64,000 bases of DNA from Nemertoderma westbladi (taxonomy: Eukaryota; Animalia; Xenacoelomorpha), in NCBI GenBank assembly GCA_032718475.1, contig JAUCBJ010002094.1, forward strand, positions 1 to 64,000, read 5' to 3'. Under the pieces are notes generated by a model. That model worked only from the letters and a program-made list of their open reading frames with translations. It did no database searches and had not been told where the DNA came from. The first letter of the stretch is position 1. Each line of letters opens with the position of its first letter. A program made the position numbers and the translations under genes. Below, one piece after another: positions 38,901 to 52,700 of the stretch.

Positions 38901-41900
38901 GAGATATTTGAGGTGAATTATTGCATTACATAATAACTTTAGCTCCAGCCACTTTAGCAATACGATGAAACTATAATAAATATTCTAGAACACAACAATA
39001 TTAATAGGGAGATAGGCTACTTATTTCTCAACTCAGACAGCCACAGATAGGGGGTGTTCTGACACAATCAAAATTCATCCATCTCCAGCGGAAAGACGTT
39101 GCAAATAACAGCTGATTACTTCTATAAATGTAAGTGTTACCTGTTCTTTTGACTTTCATTTAAGATTCTTTATCTCGTGGAGTGGAATGGGAATTGATAT
39201 GGTTTTTTAAAAAAATCAGAGGATATTTTGATAAATTATTGCAGAAAAATACCAAGGATTTTGACATGGATTTAATACTTCATTATGTTCATGAAATAGC
39301 TGATTTATTTGAGGTGAATTATTGCATTACATAATAACTTTAGCTCCAGCCACTTTAGCAATGCGATGAAACTATAATAAATATTCTAGAACACAACAAT
39401 ATTAATAGGGAGATAGGCTACTTATCTCTCAACTCAGACAGCCACAGATAGGGGTGTTCTGACACAATCAAAATTCATCCATCTCCACCGGAAAGACGAA
39501 GCAAATAACAGCTGATTACTTCTATAAATGTAAGTGTTACCTGTTCTTTTGACTTTCATTTAAGATACTTTATCTCATTGAGTGGGATAGAAGTTATAAA
39601 TATGAAAATTGATATGGTTTTTGAAAAAAATCAGAGGATATTTTGATAAATTATTGCAGAAAAATACCAAGGAATTTGACATGGATTTAATACTTCATTA
39701 TGTTCATGAAATAGCTGAGATATTTGAGGTGAATTATTGTATTATGAGTCAACTTCAGCTCTAGTCACTTTGGCAATACGATGAAACTATAATAAATATT
39801 CTAGAACACAACAATATTAACAGGGAGATAGGCTACTTATCTCTCCACTCAGACAGCCATAGATAGGGGGTGTTCCAACGCAATCAAAATTCATCCATCT
39901 CCAGCGGAAAGACGTAGCAAATAACAGCTGATTACTGCTATAAATGTAAGTGTTACCTGTTCTTTTGACGTTCATTTAAGATTCTCTATCTCGTGGAGTG
40001 GGATAGAAGTTATAAATAAGAAAATCGATGTGGTTTTTGAAAAAAATCAGAGGATATTTTGATAAATTATTGCAGAAAAACACCAATGATTTTGACATGG
40101 CTTTAATACTTCATTATGTTCATGAAATAGCTGAGATATTTGAGGTGAATTATTGTATTATGAGTTAACTTCAGCTCTAGTCACTTTGGCAATACGATGA
40201 AACTATAAAAAATATTCTAGAACACAACAATATTAATAGGGAGATATGATACTTATCTCTCCACTCAGAAAGCCACAGATAGGGGGTGTTCCAACGCAAT
40301 CAAAATTAATCCATCTCCAGCGGAAAGACGTAGCAAATAACAGCTGATTACTGCTATAAATGTAAGTGTTACCTGTTCTTTTGACGTTCATTTAAGATTC
40401 TCTATCTCGTGGAGTGGGATAGAAGTTATAAATATGAAAATCGATATGGTTTTTGTAAAAAATCAGAGGATATTTTGATAAATTATTGCAGAAAAACACC
40501 AAGGATTTTGACATGGCTTTAATACTTCATTATGTTCATGAAATAGCTGAGATATTTGAGGTGAATTATTGCATTACATAATAACTTTAGCTCCAGCCAC
40601 TTTAGCAATACGATGAAACTATAATAAATATTCTAGAACACAACAATATTAATAGGGAGATAGGCTACTTATTTCTCAACTCAGACAGCCACAGATAGGG
40701 GGTGTTCTGACACAATCAAAATTCATCCATCTCCAGCGGAAAGACGTTGCAAATAACAGCTGATTCCTTCTATAAATGTAAGTGTTACCTGTTCTTTTGA
40801 CTTTCATTTAAGATTCTTTATCTCGTGGAGTGGAATGGGAATTTACATGGTTTTTTAAAAAAATCAGAGGATATTTTGATAAATTATTGCAGAAAAACAC
40901 CAATGATTTTGACATGGCTTTAATACTTCATTATGTTCATGAAATAGCTGAGATATTTGAGGTGAATTATTGTATTATGAGTTAACTTCAGCTCTAGTCA
41001 CTTTGGCAATACGATGAAACTATAATAAATATCCTAGAACACAACAATATTAACAGGGAGATAGGATACTTATCTCTCCACTCAGACAGCCATAGATAGG
41101 GGGTGTTCCAACGCAATCAAAATTCATCCATCTCCAGCGGAAAGACGTAGCAAATAACAGCTGATTACTGCTATAAATGTAAGTGTTACCTGTTCTTTTG
41201 ACGTTCATTTAAGATTCTCTATCTCGTGGAGTGGGATAGAAGTTATAAATAAGAAAATCGATGTGGTTTTTAAAAAAAATCAGAGGATATTTTGATAAAT
41301 TATTGCAGAAAAACACCAATGATTTTGACATGGCTTTAATACTTCATTATGTTCATGAAATAGCTGAGATATTTGAGGTGAATTATTGTATTATGAGTTA
41401 ACTTCAGCTCTAGTCACTTTGGCAATACGATGAAACTATAAAAAATATTCTAGAACACAACAATATTAATAGGGAGATAGGATACTTATCTCTCCACTCA
41501 GAAAGCCACAGATAGGGGGTGTTCCAACGCAATCAAAATTAATCCATCTCCAGCGGAATGACGAAGCAAATAACAGCTGATTACTGCTATAAATGTAAGT
41601 GTTACCTGTTCTTTTGACATTCATTTAAGATTCTCTATCTCGTGGAGTGGGATAGAAGTTATAAATATGAAAATCGATATGGTTTTTGTAAAAAATCAGA
41701 GGATATTTTGATAAATTATTGCAGAAAAACACCAAGGATTTTGACATGGCTTTAATACTTCATTATGTTCATGAAATAGCTGAGATATTTGAGGAGAATT
41801 ATTGCATTACATAATAACTTTAGCTCCAGCCACTTTAGCAATACGATGAAACTATAATAAATATTCTAGAACACAACAATATTAACAGGGAGATAGGCTA

Positions 41901-44900
41901 CTTATCTCTCCTCTCAGACAGCCACAGATAGGGGGTGTTCCAACGCAATCAAAATTCATCCATCTCCAGCGGAAAGACGTAGCAAATAACAGCTGATTAC
42001 TGCTATAAATGTAAGTGTTACCTGTTCTTTTGACGTTCATTTAAGATTCTCTATCTCGTTGAGTGGGATAGAAGTTATAAATATGAAAATTGATATGGTT
42101 TTTGAAAAAAATCAGAGGATATTTTGATAAATTATTGCAGAAAAATACCAAGGATTTTGACATGGATTTAATACTTCATTATGTTCATGAAATAGCTGAG
42201 ATATTTGAGGTGAATTATTGTATTATGAGTCAACTTCAGCTCTAGTCACTTTGGCAATACGATGAAACTATAATAAATATTCTAGAACACAACAATATTA
42301 ACAGGGAGATAGGCTACTTATCTCTCCACTCAGACAGCCATAGATAGGGGGTGTTCCAACGCAATCAAAATTCATCCATCTCCAGCGGAAAGACGTAGCA
42401 AATAACAGCTGATTACTGCTATAAATGTAAGTGTTACCTGTTCTTTTGACAAGACAAAAAATACCAAGGATTTTGACATGGATTTAATACTTCATTATGT
42501 TCATGAAATAGCTGAGATATTTGAGGTGAATTATTGTATTATGAGTCAACTTTAGCTCTAGTCACTTTGGCAATACGATGAAACTATAATAAATATTCTA
42601 GAATACAACAATATTAACAGGGAGATAGGCTACTTATCTCTCCACTCAGACAGCCATAGATAGGGGGTGTTCCAACGCAATCAAAATTCATCCATCTCCA
42701 GCGGAAAGACGTAGCAAATAACAGCTGATTACTGCTATAAATGTAAGTGTTACCTGTTCTTTTGACGTTCATTTAAGATTCTCTATCTCGTGGAGTGGGA
42801 TAGAAGTTATAAATAAGAAAATCGATGTGGTTTTTGAAAAAAATCAGAGGATATTTTGATAAATTATTGCAGAAAAACACCAATGATTTTGACATGGCTT
42901 TAATACTTCATTATGTTCATGAAATAGCTGAGATATTTGAGGTGAATTATTGTATTATGAGTTAACTTCAGCTCTAGTCACTTTGGCAATACGATGAAAC
43001 TATAAAAAATATTCTAGAACACAACAATATTAATAGGGAGATAGGATACTTATCTCTCCACTCAGAAAGCCACAGATAGGGGATGTTCCAACGCAATCAA
43101 AATTAATCCATCTCCAGCGGAAAGACGTAGCAAATAACAGCTGATTACTGCTATAAATGTAAGTGTTACCTGTTCTTTTGACGTTCATTTAAGATTCTCT
43201 ATCTCGTGGAGTGGGATAGAAGTTATAAATATGAAAATCGATATGGTTTTTGTAAAAAATCAGAGGATATTTTGATAAATTATTGCAGAAAAACACCAAG
43301 GATTTTGACATGGCTTTAATACTTCATTATGTTCATGAAATAGCTGAGATATTTGAGGTGAATTATTGCATTACATAATAACTTTAGCTCCAGCCACTTT
43401 AGCAATACGATGAAACTATAATAAATATTCTAGAACACAACAATATTAATAGGGAGATAGGCTACTTATTTCTCAACTCAGACAGCCACAGATAGGGGGT
43501 GTTCTGACACAATCAAAATTCATCCATCTCCAGCGGAAACACGTAGCAAATAACAGCTGATTACTGCTATAAATGTAAGTGTTACCTGTTCTTTTGACGT
43601 TCATTTAAGATTCTCTATCTCGTGGAGTGGGATAGAAGTTATAAATATGAAAATCGATATGGTTTTTGTAAAAAATCAGAGGATATTTTGATAAATTATT
43701 GCAGAAAAACACCAAGGATTTTGACATGGCTTTAATACTTCATTATGTTCATGAAATAGCTGAGATATTTGAGGAGAATTATTGCATTACATAATAACTT
43801 TAGCTCCAGCCACTTTAGCAATACGATGAAACTATAATAAATATTCTAGAACACAACAATATTAACAGGGAGATAGGCTACTTATCTCTCCTCTCAGACA
43901 GCCACAGATAGGGGGTGTTCCAACGCAATCAAAATTCATCCATCTCCAGCGGAAAGACGTAGCAAATAACAGCTGATTACTGCTATAAATGTAAGTGTTA
44001 CCTGTTCTTTTGACGTTCATTTAAGATTCTCTATCTCGTGGATTGGGATAGAAGTTATAAATATGAAAATTGATATGGTTTTTGAAAAAAATCAGAGGAT
44101 ATTTTGATAAATTATTGCAGAAAAATACCAAGGATTTTGACATGGATTTAATACTTCATTATGTTCATGAAATAGCTGAGATATTTGAGGTGAATTATTG
44201 TATTATGAGTCAACTTCAGCTCTAGTCACTTTGGCAATACGATGAAACTATAATAAATATTCTAGAACACAACAATATTAACAGGGAGATAGGCTACTTA
44301 TCTCTCCACTCAGACAGCCATAGATAGGGGGTGTTCCAACGCAATCAAAATTCATCCATCTCCAGCGGAAAGACGTAGCAAATAACAGCTGATTACTGCT
44401 ATAAATGTAAGTGTTACCTGTTCTTTTGACAAGAAAAAAAATACCAAGGATTTTGACATGGATTTAATACTTCATTATGTTCATGAAATAGCTGAGATAT
44501 TTGAGGTGAATTATTGTATTATGAGTCAACTTCAGCTCTAGTCACTTTGGCAATACGATGAAACTATAATAAATATTCTAGAACACAACAATATTAACAG
44601 GGAGATAGGCTACTTATCTCTCCACTCAGACAGCCATATATAGGGGGTGTTCCAACGCAATCAAAATTCATCCATCTCCAGCGGAAAGACGTAGCAAATA
44701 ACAGCTGATTACTGCTATAAATGTAAGTGTTACCTGTTCTTTTGACGTTTATTTAAGATTCTCTATCTCGTGGAGTGGGATAGAAGTTATAAATATGAAA
44801 ATCGATATGGTTTTTGTAAAAAATCAGAGGATATTTTGATAAATTATTGCAGAAAAACACCAAGGATTTTGACATGGCTTTAATACTTCATTATGTTCAT

Positions 44901-45172
44901 GAAATAGCTGAGATATTTGAGGTGAATTATTGCATTACATAATAACTTTAGCTCCAGCCACTTTAGCAATACGATGAAACTATAATAAATATTCTAGAAC
45001 ACAACAATATTAATAGGGAGATAGGCTACTTATTTCTCAACTCAGACAGCCACAGATAGGGGGTGTTCTGACACAATCAAAATTCATCCATCTCCAGCGG
45101 AAAGACGTAGCAAATAACAGCTGATTACTGCTATAAATGTAAGTGTTACCTGTTCTTTTGACGTTCATTTAA
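26953..45172 (-). repeat. 416-bp satellite array, inverted arm, segment 2 (includes 401-bp and 316-bp deletion monomers)
   Basis: Resumes in phase after the TIR element (TTAACTTCAGCTCTAG), with a 416-bp period (e.g. 27365 to 27781). Confidence 0.97.
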
Positions 45173-46735
45173 CCCTATTAAACCCGGGGGGGGGGGGGGG
45201 GGTCAATATGACCCCCCCGTGGTTTTTTTATTATAATTCTGAAACAAACGCAGTTGGGTATCTGAAATTTTATGACTTTTCCTAAAAATCTATTGTCTTC
45301 ATGGTAGTGAAAACCGTTTTCAAAAATATTGGGTACTTTTCGAGTTATAGCACCATTTTTTAACCCTACTTTTGGCACTTTTTTTGAGACGTTTTTTGAA
45401 AATTACATTTCATTAAATATGAATTGTAACATCTCTATTTTTGATTTACACCGGTTTTTTGGTGTTAGAAATTGGATGGAATTCATATAAATTTATTTAG
45501 AAATTTCAAACTTGTTTTTTTCGATGGGTGCCAAATTTTGGTGCCAGCACCAAACTTTGAAATAAGTCAATTTTGTAAATTGATTGTTTGAAACTTGTTT
45601 TTACGCAATTGGGGTTTTTTGGGGTTCTGGATTCGATGAAATATATATGAGTTGCACCAAGCGTATCAAACTTGTATTTTTCGGTGCTGTGTGCAAATTT
45701 TGGTGCTAGCACGAAATTTTGAAAATCCATTCAATATATAAAATTGCTTGTGACAATTTATTTCTTGCGTTTTAGAGGTTTATGGCTGTTCTGAATTCAA
45801 TGGAAAATATAATTATCGAACTAGACATCTCAAACTTGTATTTTTCGGAAGTGGGTGCAAAATGTGGTGCTAGCACCAAATTTTGAAAACCATCAAATAT
45901 ATCAATTGATTGTGTCACCTTGTTTCTTGCGTTATACGGGTTTGTGATGGTTCTGAATTCAATGGAATCAGTAAAAATTTCATAAGAGTTCTCAAACTTG
46001 TATTTTTCGCCGGTGGGTGAAAATTGTTGTGCCAGCACCAAATTTTGGAAAATATGCAAATTGATAAGAAGATAGTATCACCTTGATTCTTGCGTCATAC
46101 GGGTTTACGAGGGTCCTGAATCCGATGGAATCAATAAAAACAGCACTGGACATCGCAAACTTGTACTTTTTGGTGATGGGTACGAAATTTGGTGCTAGCA
46201 CCAAAATTTGCCAAATTACGCCGAAAAATACAGGTAGCAATGATCTGGTATATTAGAAATGTATTCCATTAGAATCAGCGCCGAATCTAAAACCTGAAAA
46301 TGTGAATTTATAGCATCGTATAAGTGAATTACAAATTTTGTGTTCTAAGTGAAAAGTGCTGGTTACTTGTTTTTTTCATTTTTTTCCTACGCAGAGAGGA
46401 CTAAACAGCCATTTATAGTAATCATATCATTTTTAAATATTTTCCAATGTATTTTGCACCCCAAAAAACCTGTATTAAAAATAATTAGCCGAAAATGTAA
46501 CTTTCAAATTTTGTGAAAATTGTGCACTACTTTTAATTTTGGTGCTGCAATATAACCACCCCAGTACATTTTTTCGAAAATTTTTTTTTTCGGTCGGATC
46601 CAGACAAGTGATACCTACGTACAAACAAAAAAATCAGACGTTTTCGTAAATATTTGTAGATTTTAGAGGGGGGGGTCAATATGACCCCCCCCCCCCGGTA
46701 TTTGTACAACATTTTATAGCCCGGTACTAATAGGG
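45173..46735. mobile_element. Non-autonomous piggyBac-type element (1563 bp)
   Basis: Perfect TTAA TSD (45169-45172 and 46736-46739) at the satellite CATTTAAGAT site. TIRs are CCCTATTAaacCCGGG and CCCTATTAgtaCCGGG. Subterminal G(n)TCAATATGAC(n) palindromes occur at both ends. No transposase ORF. Confidence 0.9.
45480..46215. repeat. Diverged ~162-bp tandem repeat (4-5 units) inside the piggyBac-type element
   Basis: The anchor CAAACTTG occurs at 45507, 45667, 45831, 45993 and 46156 (spacings 160-164). Each is followed by a palindrome of the type AAATTTTGGTGCTAGCACCAAATTTT. Confidence 0.85.
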
Positions 46736-49700
46736 TTAAGATTCTCTATCTCGTGGAGTGGGATAGAAGTTATAAATATGAAAATCGATATGGTTTTTGT
46801 AAAAAATCAGAGGATATTTTGATAAATTATTGCAGAAAAACACCAAGGATTTTGACATGGCTTTAATACTTCATTATGTTCATGAAATAGCTGAGATATT
46901 TGAGGAGAATTATTGCATTACATAATAACTTTAGCTCCAGCCACTTTAGCAATACGATGAAACTATAATAAATATTCTAGAACACAACAATATTAACAGG
47001 GAGATAGGCTACTTATCTCTCCTCTCAGACAGCCACAGATAGGGGGTGTTCCAACGCAATCAAAATTCATCCATCTCCAGCGGAAAGATGTAGCAAATAA
47101 CAGCTGATTACTGCTATAAATGTAAGTGTTACCTGTTCTTTTGACGTTCATTTAAGATTCTCTATCTCGTGGAGTGGGATAGAAGTTATAAATATGAAAA
47201 TTGATATGGTTTTTGAAAAAAATCAGAGGATATTTTGATAAATTATTGCAGAAAAATACCAAGGATTTTGACATGGATTTAATACTTCATTATGTTCATG
47301 AAATAGCTGAGATATTTGAGGTGAATTATTGTATTATGAGTCAACTTCAGCTCTAGTCACTTTGGCAATACGATGAAACTATAATAAATATTCTAGAACA
47401 CAACAATATTAACAGGGAGATAGGCTACTTATCTCTCCACTCAGACAGCCATAGATAGGGGGTGTTCCAATGCAATCAAAATTCATCCATCTCCAGCGGA
47501 AAGACGTAGCAAATAACAGCTGATTACTGCTATAAATGTAAGTGTTACCTGTTCTTTTGACGTTCATTTAAGATTATCTATCTCGTGGAGTGGGATAGAA
47601 GTTATAAATATGAAAATCGATATGGTTTTTGTAAAAAATCAGAGGATATTTTGATAAATTATTGCAGAAAAACACCAAGGATTTTGACATGGCTTTAATA
47701 CTTCATTATGTTCATGAAATAGCTGAGATATTTGAGGTGAATTATTGCATTACATAATAACTTTAGCTCCAGCCACTTTAGCAATACGATGAAACTATAA
47801 TAAATATTCTAGAACACAACAATATTAATAGGGAGATAGGCTACTTATTTCTCAACTCAGACAGCCACAGATAGGGGGTGTTCTGACACAATCAAAATTC
47901 ATCAATCTCCAGCGGAAAGACGTAGCAAATAACAGCTGATTACTGCTATAAATGTAAGTGTTACCTATTCTTTTGACGTTCATTTAAGATTCTCTATCTC
48001 GTGGAGTGGGATAGAAGTTATAAATATGAAAATCGATATGGTTTTTGTAAAAAATCAGAGGATATTTTGATAAATTATTGCAGAAAAACACCAAGGATTT
48101 TGACATGGCTTTAATACTTCATTATGTTCATGAAATAGCTGAGATATTTGAGGAGAATTATTGCATTACATAATAACTTTAGCTCCAGCCACTTTAGCAA
48201 TACGATGAAACTATAATAAATATTCTAGAACACAACAATATTAACAGGGAGATAGGCTACTTATCTCTCCTCTCAGACAGCCACAGATAGGGGGTGTTCC
48301 AACGCAATCAAAATTCATCCATCTCCAGCGGAAAGACGTAGCAAATAACAGCTGATTACTGCTATAAATGTAAGTGTTACCTGTTCTTTTGACAAGACAA
48401 AAAATACCAAGGATTTTGACATGGATTTAATACTTCATTATGTTCATGAAATAGCTGAGATATTTGAGGTGAATTATTGTATTATGAGTCAACTTCAGCT
48501 CTAGTCACTTTGGCAATACGATGAAACTATAATAAATATTCTAGAACACAACAATATTAACAGGGAGATAGGCTACTTATCTCTCCACTCAGACAGCCAT
48601 ATATAGGGGGTGTTCCAACGCAATCAAAATTCATCCATCTCCAGCGGAAAGACGTAGCAAATAACAGCTGATTACTGCTATAAATGTAAGTGTTACCTGT
48701 TCTTTTGACGTTCATTTAAGATTCTCTATCTCGTGGAGTGGGATAGAAGTTATAAATATGAAAATCGATATGGTTTTTGTAAAAAATCGGAGGATATTTT
48801 GATAAATTATTGCAGAAAAACACCAAGGATTTTGACATGGCTTTAATACTTCATTATGTTCATGAAATAGCTGAGATATTTGAGGTGAATTATTGCATTA
48901 CATAATAACTTTAGCTCCAGCCACTTTAGCAATACGATGAAACTATAATAAATATTCTAGAACACAACAATATTAATAGGGAGATAGGCTACTTATTTCT
49001 CAACTCAGACAGCCACAGATAGGGGGTGTTCTGACACAATCAAAATTCATCCATCTCCAGCGGAAAGACGTAGCAAATAACAGCTGATTACTGCTATAAA
49101 TGTAAGTGTTACCTGTTCTTTTGACGTTCATTTAAGATTCTCTATCTCGTGGAGTGGGATAGAAGTTATAAATATGAAAATCGATATGGTTTTTGTAAAA
49201 AATCAGAGGATATTTTGATAAATTATTGCAGAAAAACACCAAGGATTTTGACATGGCTTTAATACTTCATTATGTTCATGAAATAGCTGAGATATTTGAG
49301 GAGAATTATTGCATTACATAATAACTTTAGCTCCTGCCACTTTAGCAATACGATGAAACTATAATAAATATTCTAGAACACAACAATATTAACAGGGAGA
49401 TAGGCTACTTATCTCTCCTCTCAGACAGCCACAGATAGGGGGTGTTCCAACGCAATCAAAATTCATCCATCTCCAGCGGAAAGACGTAGCAAATAACAGC
49501 TGATTACTGCTATAAATGTAAGTGTTACCTGTTCTTTTGACGTTCATTTAAGATTCTCTATCTCGTGGAGTGGGATAGAAGTTATAAATATGAAAATTGA
49601 TATGGTTTTTGAAAAAAATCAGAGGATATTTTGATAAATTATTTTCAGAAAAATACCAAGGATTTTGACATGGATTTAATACTTCATTATGTTCATGAAA

Positions 49701-52700
49701 TAGCTGAGATATTTGAGGTGAATTATTGTATTATGAGTCAACTTCAGCTCTAGTCACTTTGGCAATACGATGAAACTATAATAAATATTCTAGAACACAA
49801 CAATATTAACAGGGAGATAGGCTACTTATCTCTCCACTCAGACAGCCATAGATAGGGGGTGTTCCAATGCAATCAAAATTCATCCATCTCCAGCGGAAAG
49901 ACGTAGCAAATAACAGCTGATTACTGCTATAAATGTAAGTGTTACCTGTTCTTTTGACGTTCATTTAAGATTCTCTATCTCGTGGAGTGGGATAGAAGTT
50001 ATAAATATGAAAATCGATATGGTTTTTGTAAAAAATCAGAGGATATTTTGATAAATTATTGCAGAAAAACACCAAGGATTTTGACATGGCTTTAATACTT
50101 CATTATGTTCATGAAATAGCTGAGATATTTGAGGTGAATTATTGTATTATGAGTCAACTTCAGCTCCAGCCACTTTAGCAATACGATGAAACTATAATAA
50201 ATATTCTAGAACACAACAATATTAATAGGGAGATAGGCTACTTATTTCTCAACTCAGACAGCCACAGATAGGGGGTGTTCTGACACAATCAAAATTCATC
50301 CATCTCCAGCGGAAAGACGTAGCAAATAACAGCTGATTACTGCTATAAATGTAAGTGTTACCTGTTCTTTTGACGTTCATTTAAGATTCTCTATCTCGTG
50401 GAGTGGGATAGAAGTTATAAATATGAAAATCGATATGGTTTTTGTAAAAAATCAGAGGATATTTTGATAAATTATTGCAGAAAAACACCAAGGATTTTGA
50501 CATGGCTTTAATACTTCATTATGTTCATGAAATAGCTGAGATATTTGAGGAGAATTATTGCATTACATAATAACTTTAGCTCCAGCCACTTTAGCAATAC
50601 GATGAAACTATAATAAATATTCTAGAACACAACAATATTAACAGGGAGATAGGCTACTTATCTCTCCTCTCAGACAGCCACAGATAGGGGGTGTTCCAAC
50701 GCAATCAAAATTCATCCATCTCCAGCGGAAAGACGTAGCAAATAACAGCTGATTACTGCTATAAATGTAAGTGTTACCTGTTCTTTTGACAAGACAAAAA
50801 ATACCAAGGATTTTGACATGGATTTAATACTTCATTATGTTCATGAAATAGCTGAGATATTTGAGGTGAATTATTGTATTATGAGTCAACTTCAGCTCTA
50901 GTCACTTTGGCAATACGATGAAACTATAATAAATATTCTAGAACACAACAATATTAACAGGGAGATAGGCTACTTATCTCTCCACTCAGACAGCCATATA
51001 TAGGGGGTGTTCCAACGCAATCAAAATTCATCCATCTCCAGCGGAAAGACGTAGCAAATAACAGCTGATTACTGCTATAAATGTAAGTGTTACCTGTTCT
51101 TTTGACGTTCATTTAAGATTCTCTATCTCGTGGAGTGGGATAGAAGTTATAAATATGAAAATCGATATGGTTTTTGTAAAAAATCAGAGGATATTTTGAT
51201 AAATTATTGCAGAAAAACATCAAGGATTTTGACATGGCTTTAATACTTCATTATGTTCATGAAATAGCTGAGATATTTGAGGTGAATTATTGCATTACAT
51301 AATAACTTTAGCTCCAGCCACTTTAGCAATACGATGAAACTATAATAAATATTCTAGAACACAACAATATTAATAGGGAGATAGGCTACTTATTTCTCAA
51401 CTCAGACAGCCACAGATAGGGGGTGTTCTGACACAATCAAAATTCATCCATCTCCAGCGGAAAGACGTAGCAAATAACAGCTGATTACTGCTATAAATGT
51501 AAGTGTTACCTGTTCTTTTGACGTTCATTTAAGATTCTCTATCTCGTGGAGTGGGATAGAAGTTATAAATATGAAAATCGATATGGTTTTTGTAAAAAAT
51601 CAGAGGATATTTTGATAAATTATTGCAGAAAAACACCAAGGATTTTGACATGGCTTTAATACTTCATTATGTTCATGAAATAGCTGAGATATTTGAGGAG
51701 AATTATTGCATTACATAATAACTTTAGCTCCAGCCACTTTAGCAATACGATGAAACTATAATAAATATTCTAGAACACAACAATATTAACAGGGAGATAG
51801 GCTACTTATCTCTCCTCTCAGACAGCCACAGATAGGGGGTGTTCCAACGCAATCAAAATTCATCCATCTCCAGCGGAAAGACGTAGCAAATAACAGCTGA
51901 TTACTGCTATAAATGTAAGTGTTACCTGTTCTTTTGACGTTCATTTAAGATTCTCTATCTCGTGGAGTGGGATAGAAGTTATAAATATGAAAATTGATAT
52001 GGTTTTTGAAAAAAATCAGAGGATATTTTGATAAATTATTGCAGAAAAATACCAAGGATTTTGACATGGATTTAATACTTCATTATGTTCATGAAATAGC
52101 TGAGATATTTGAGGTGAATTATTGTATTATGAGTCAACTTCAGCTCTAGTCACTTTGGCAATACGATGAAACTATAATAAATATTCTAGAACACAACAAT
52201 ATTAACAGGGAGATAGGCTACTTATCTCTCCACTCAGACAGCCATAGATAGGGGGTGTTCCAATGCAATCAAAATTCATCCATCTCCAGCGGAAAGACGT
52301 AGCAAATAACAGCTGATTACTGCTATAAATGTAAGTGTTACCTGTTCTTTTGACGTTCATTTAAGATTCTCTATCTCGTGGAGTGGGATAGAAGTTATAA
52401 ATATGAAAATCGATATGGTTTTTGTAAAAAATCAGAGGATATTTTGATAAATTATTGCAGAAAAACACCAAGGATTTTGACATGGCTTTAATACTTCATT
52501 ATGTTCATGAAATAGCTGAGATATTTGAGGTGAATTATTGTATTATGAGTCAACTTCAGCTCCAGCCACTTTAGCAATACGATGAAACTATAATAAATAT
52601 TCTAGAACACAACAATATTAATAGGGAGATAGGCTACTTATTTCTCAACTCAGACAGCCACAGATAGGGGGTGTTCTGACACAATCAAAATTCATCCATC

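Noticed and set aside
45178-46240. Short ORFs with a repeated LVLAP motif as a possible transposase or repeat protein
   Set aside because: They translate the ~162-bp non-coding repeat. Unit lengths of 160-164 break the frame and no DDD/E motifs are present.
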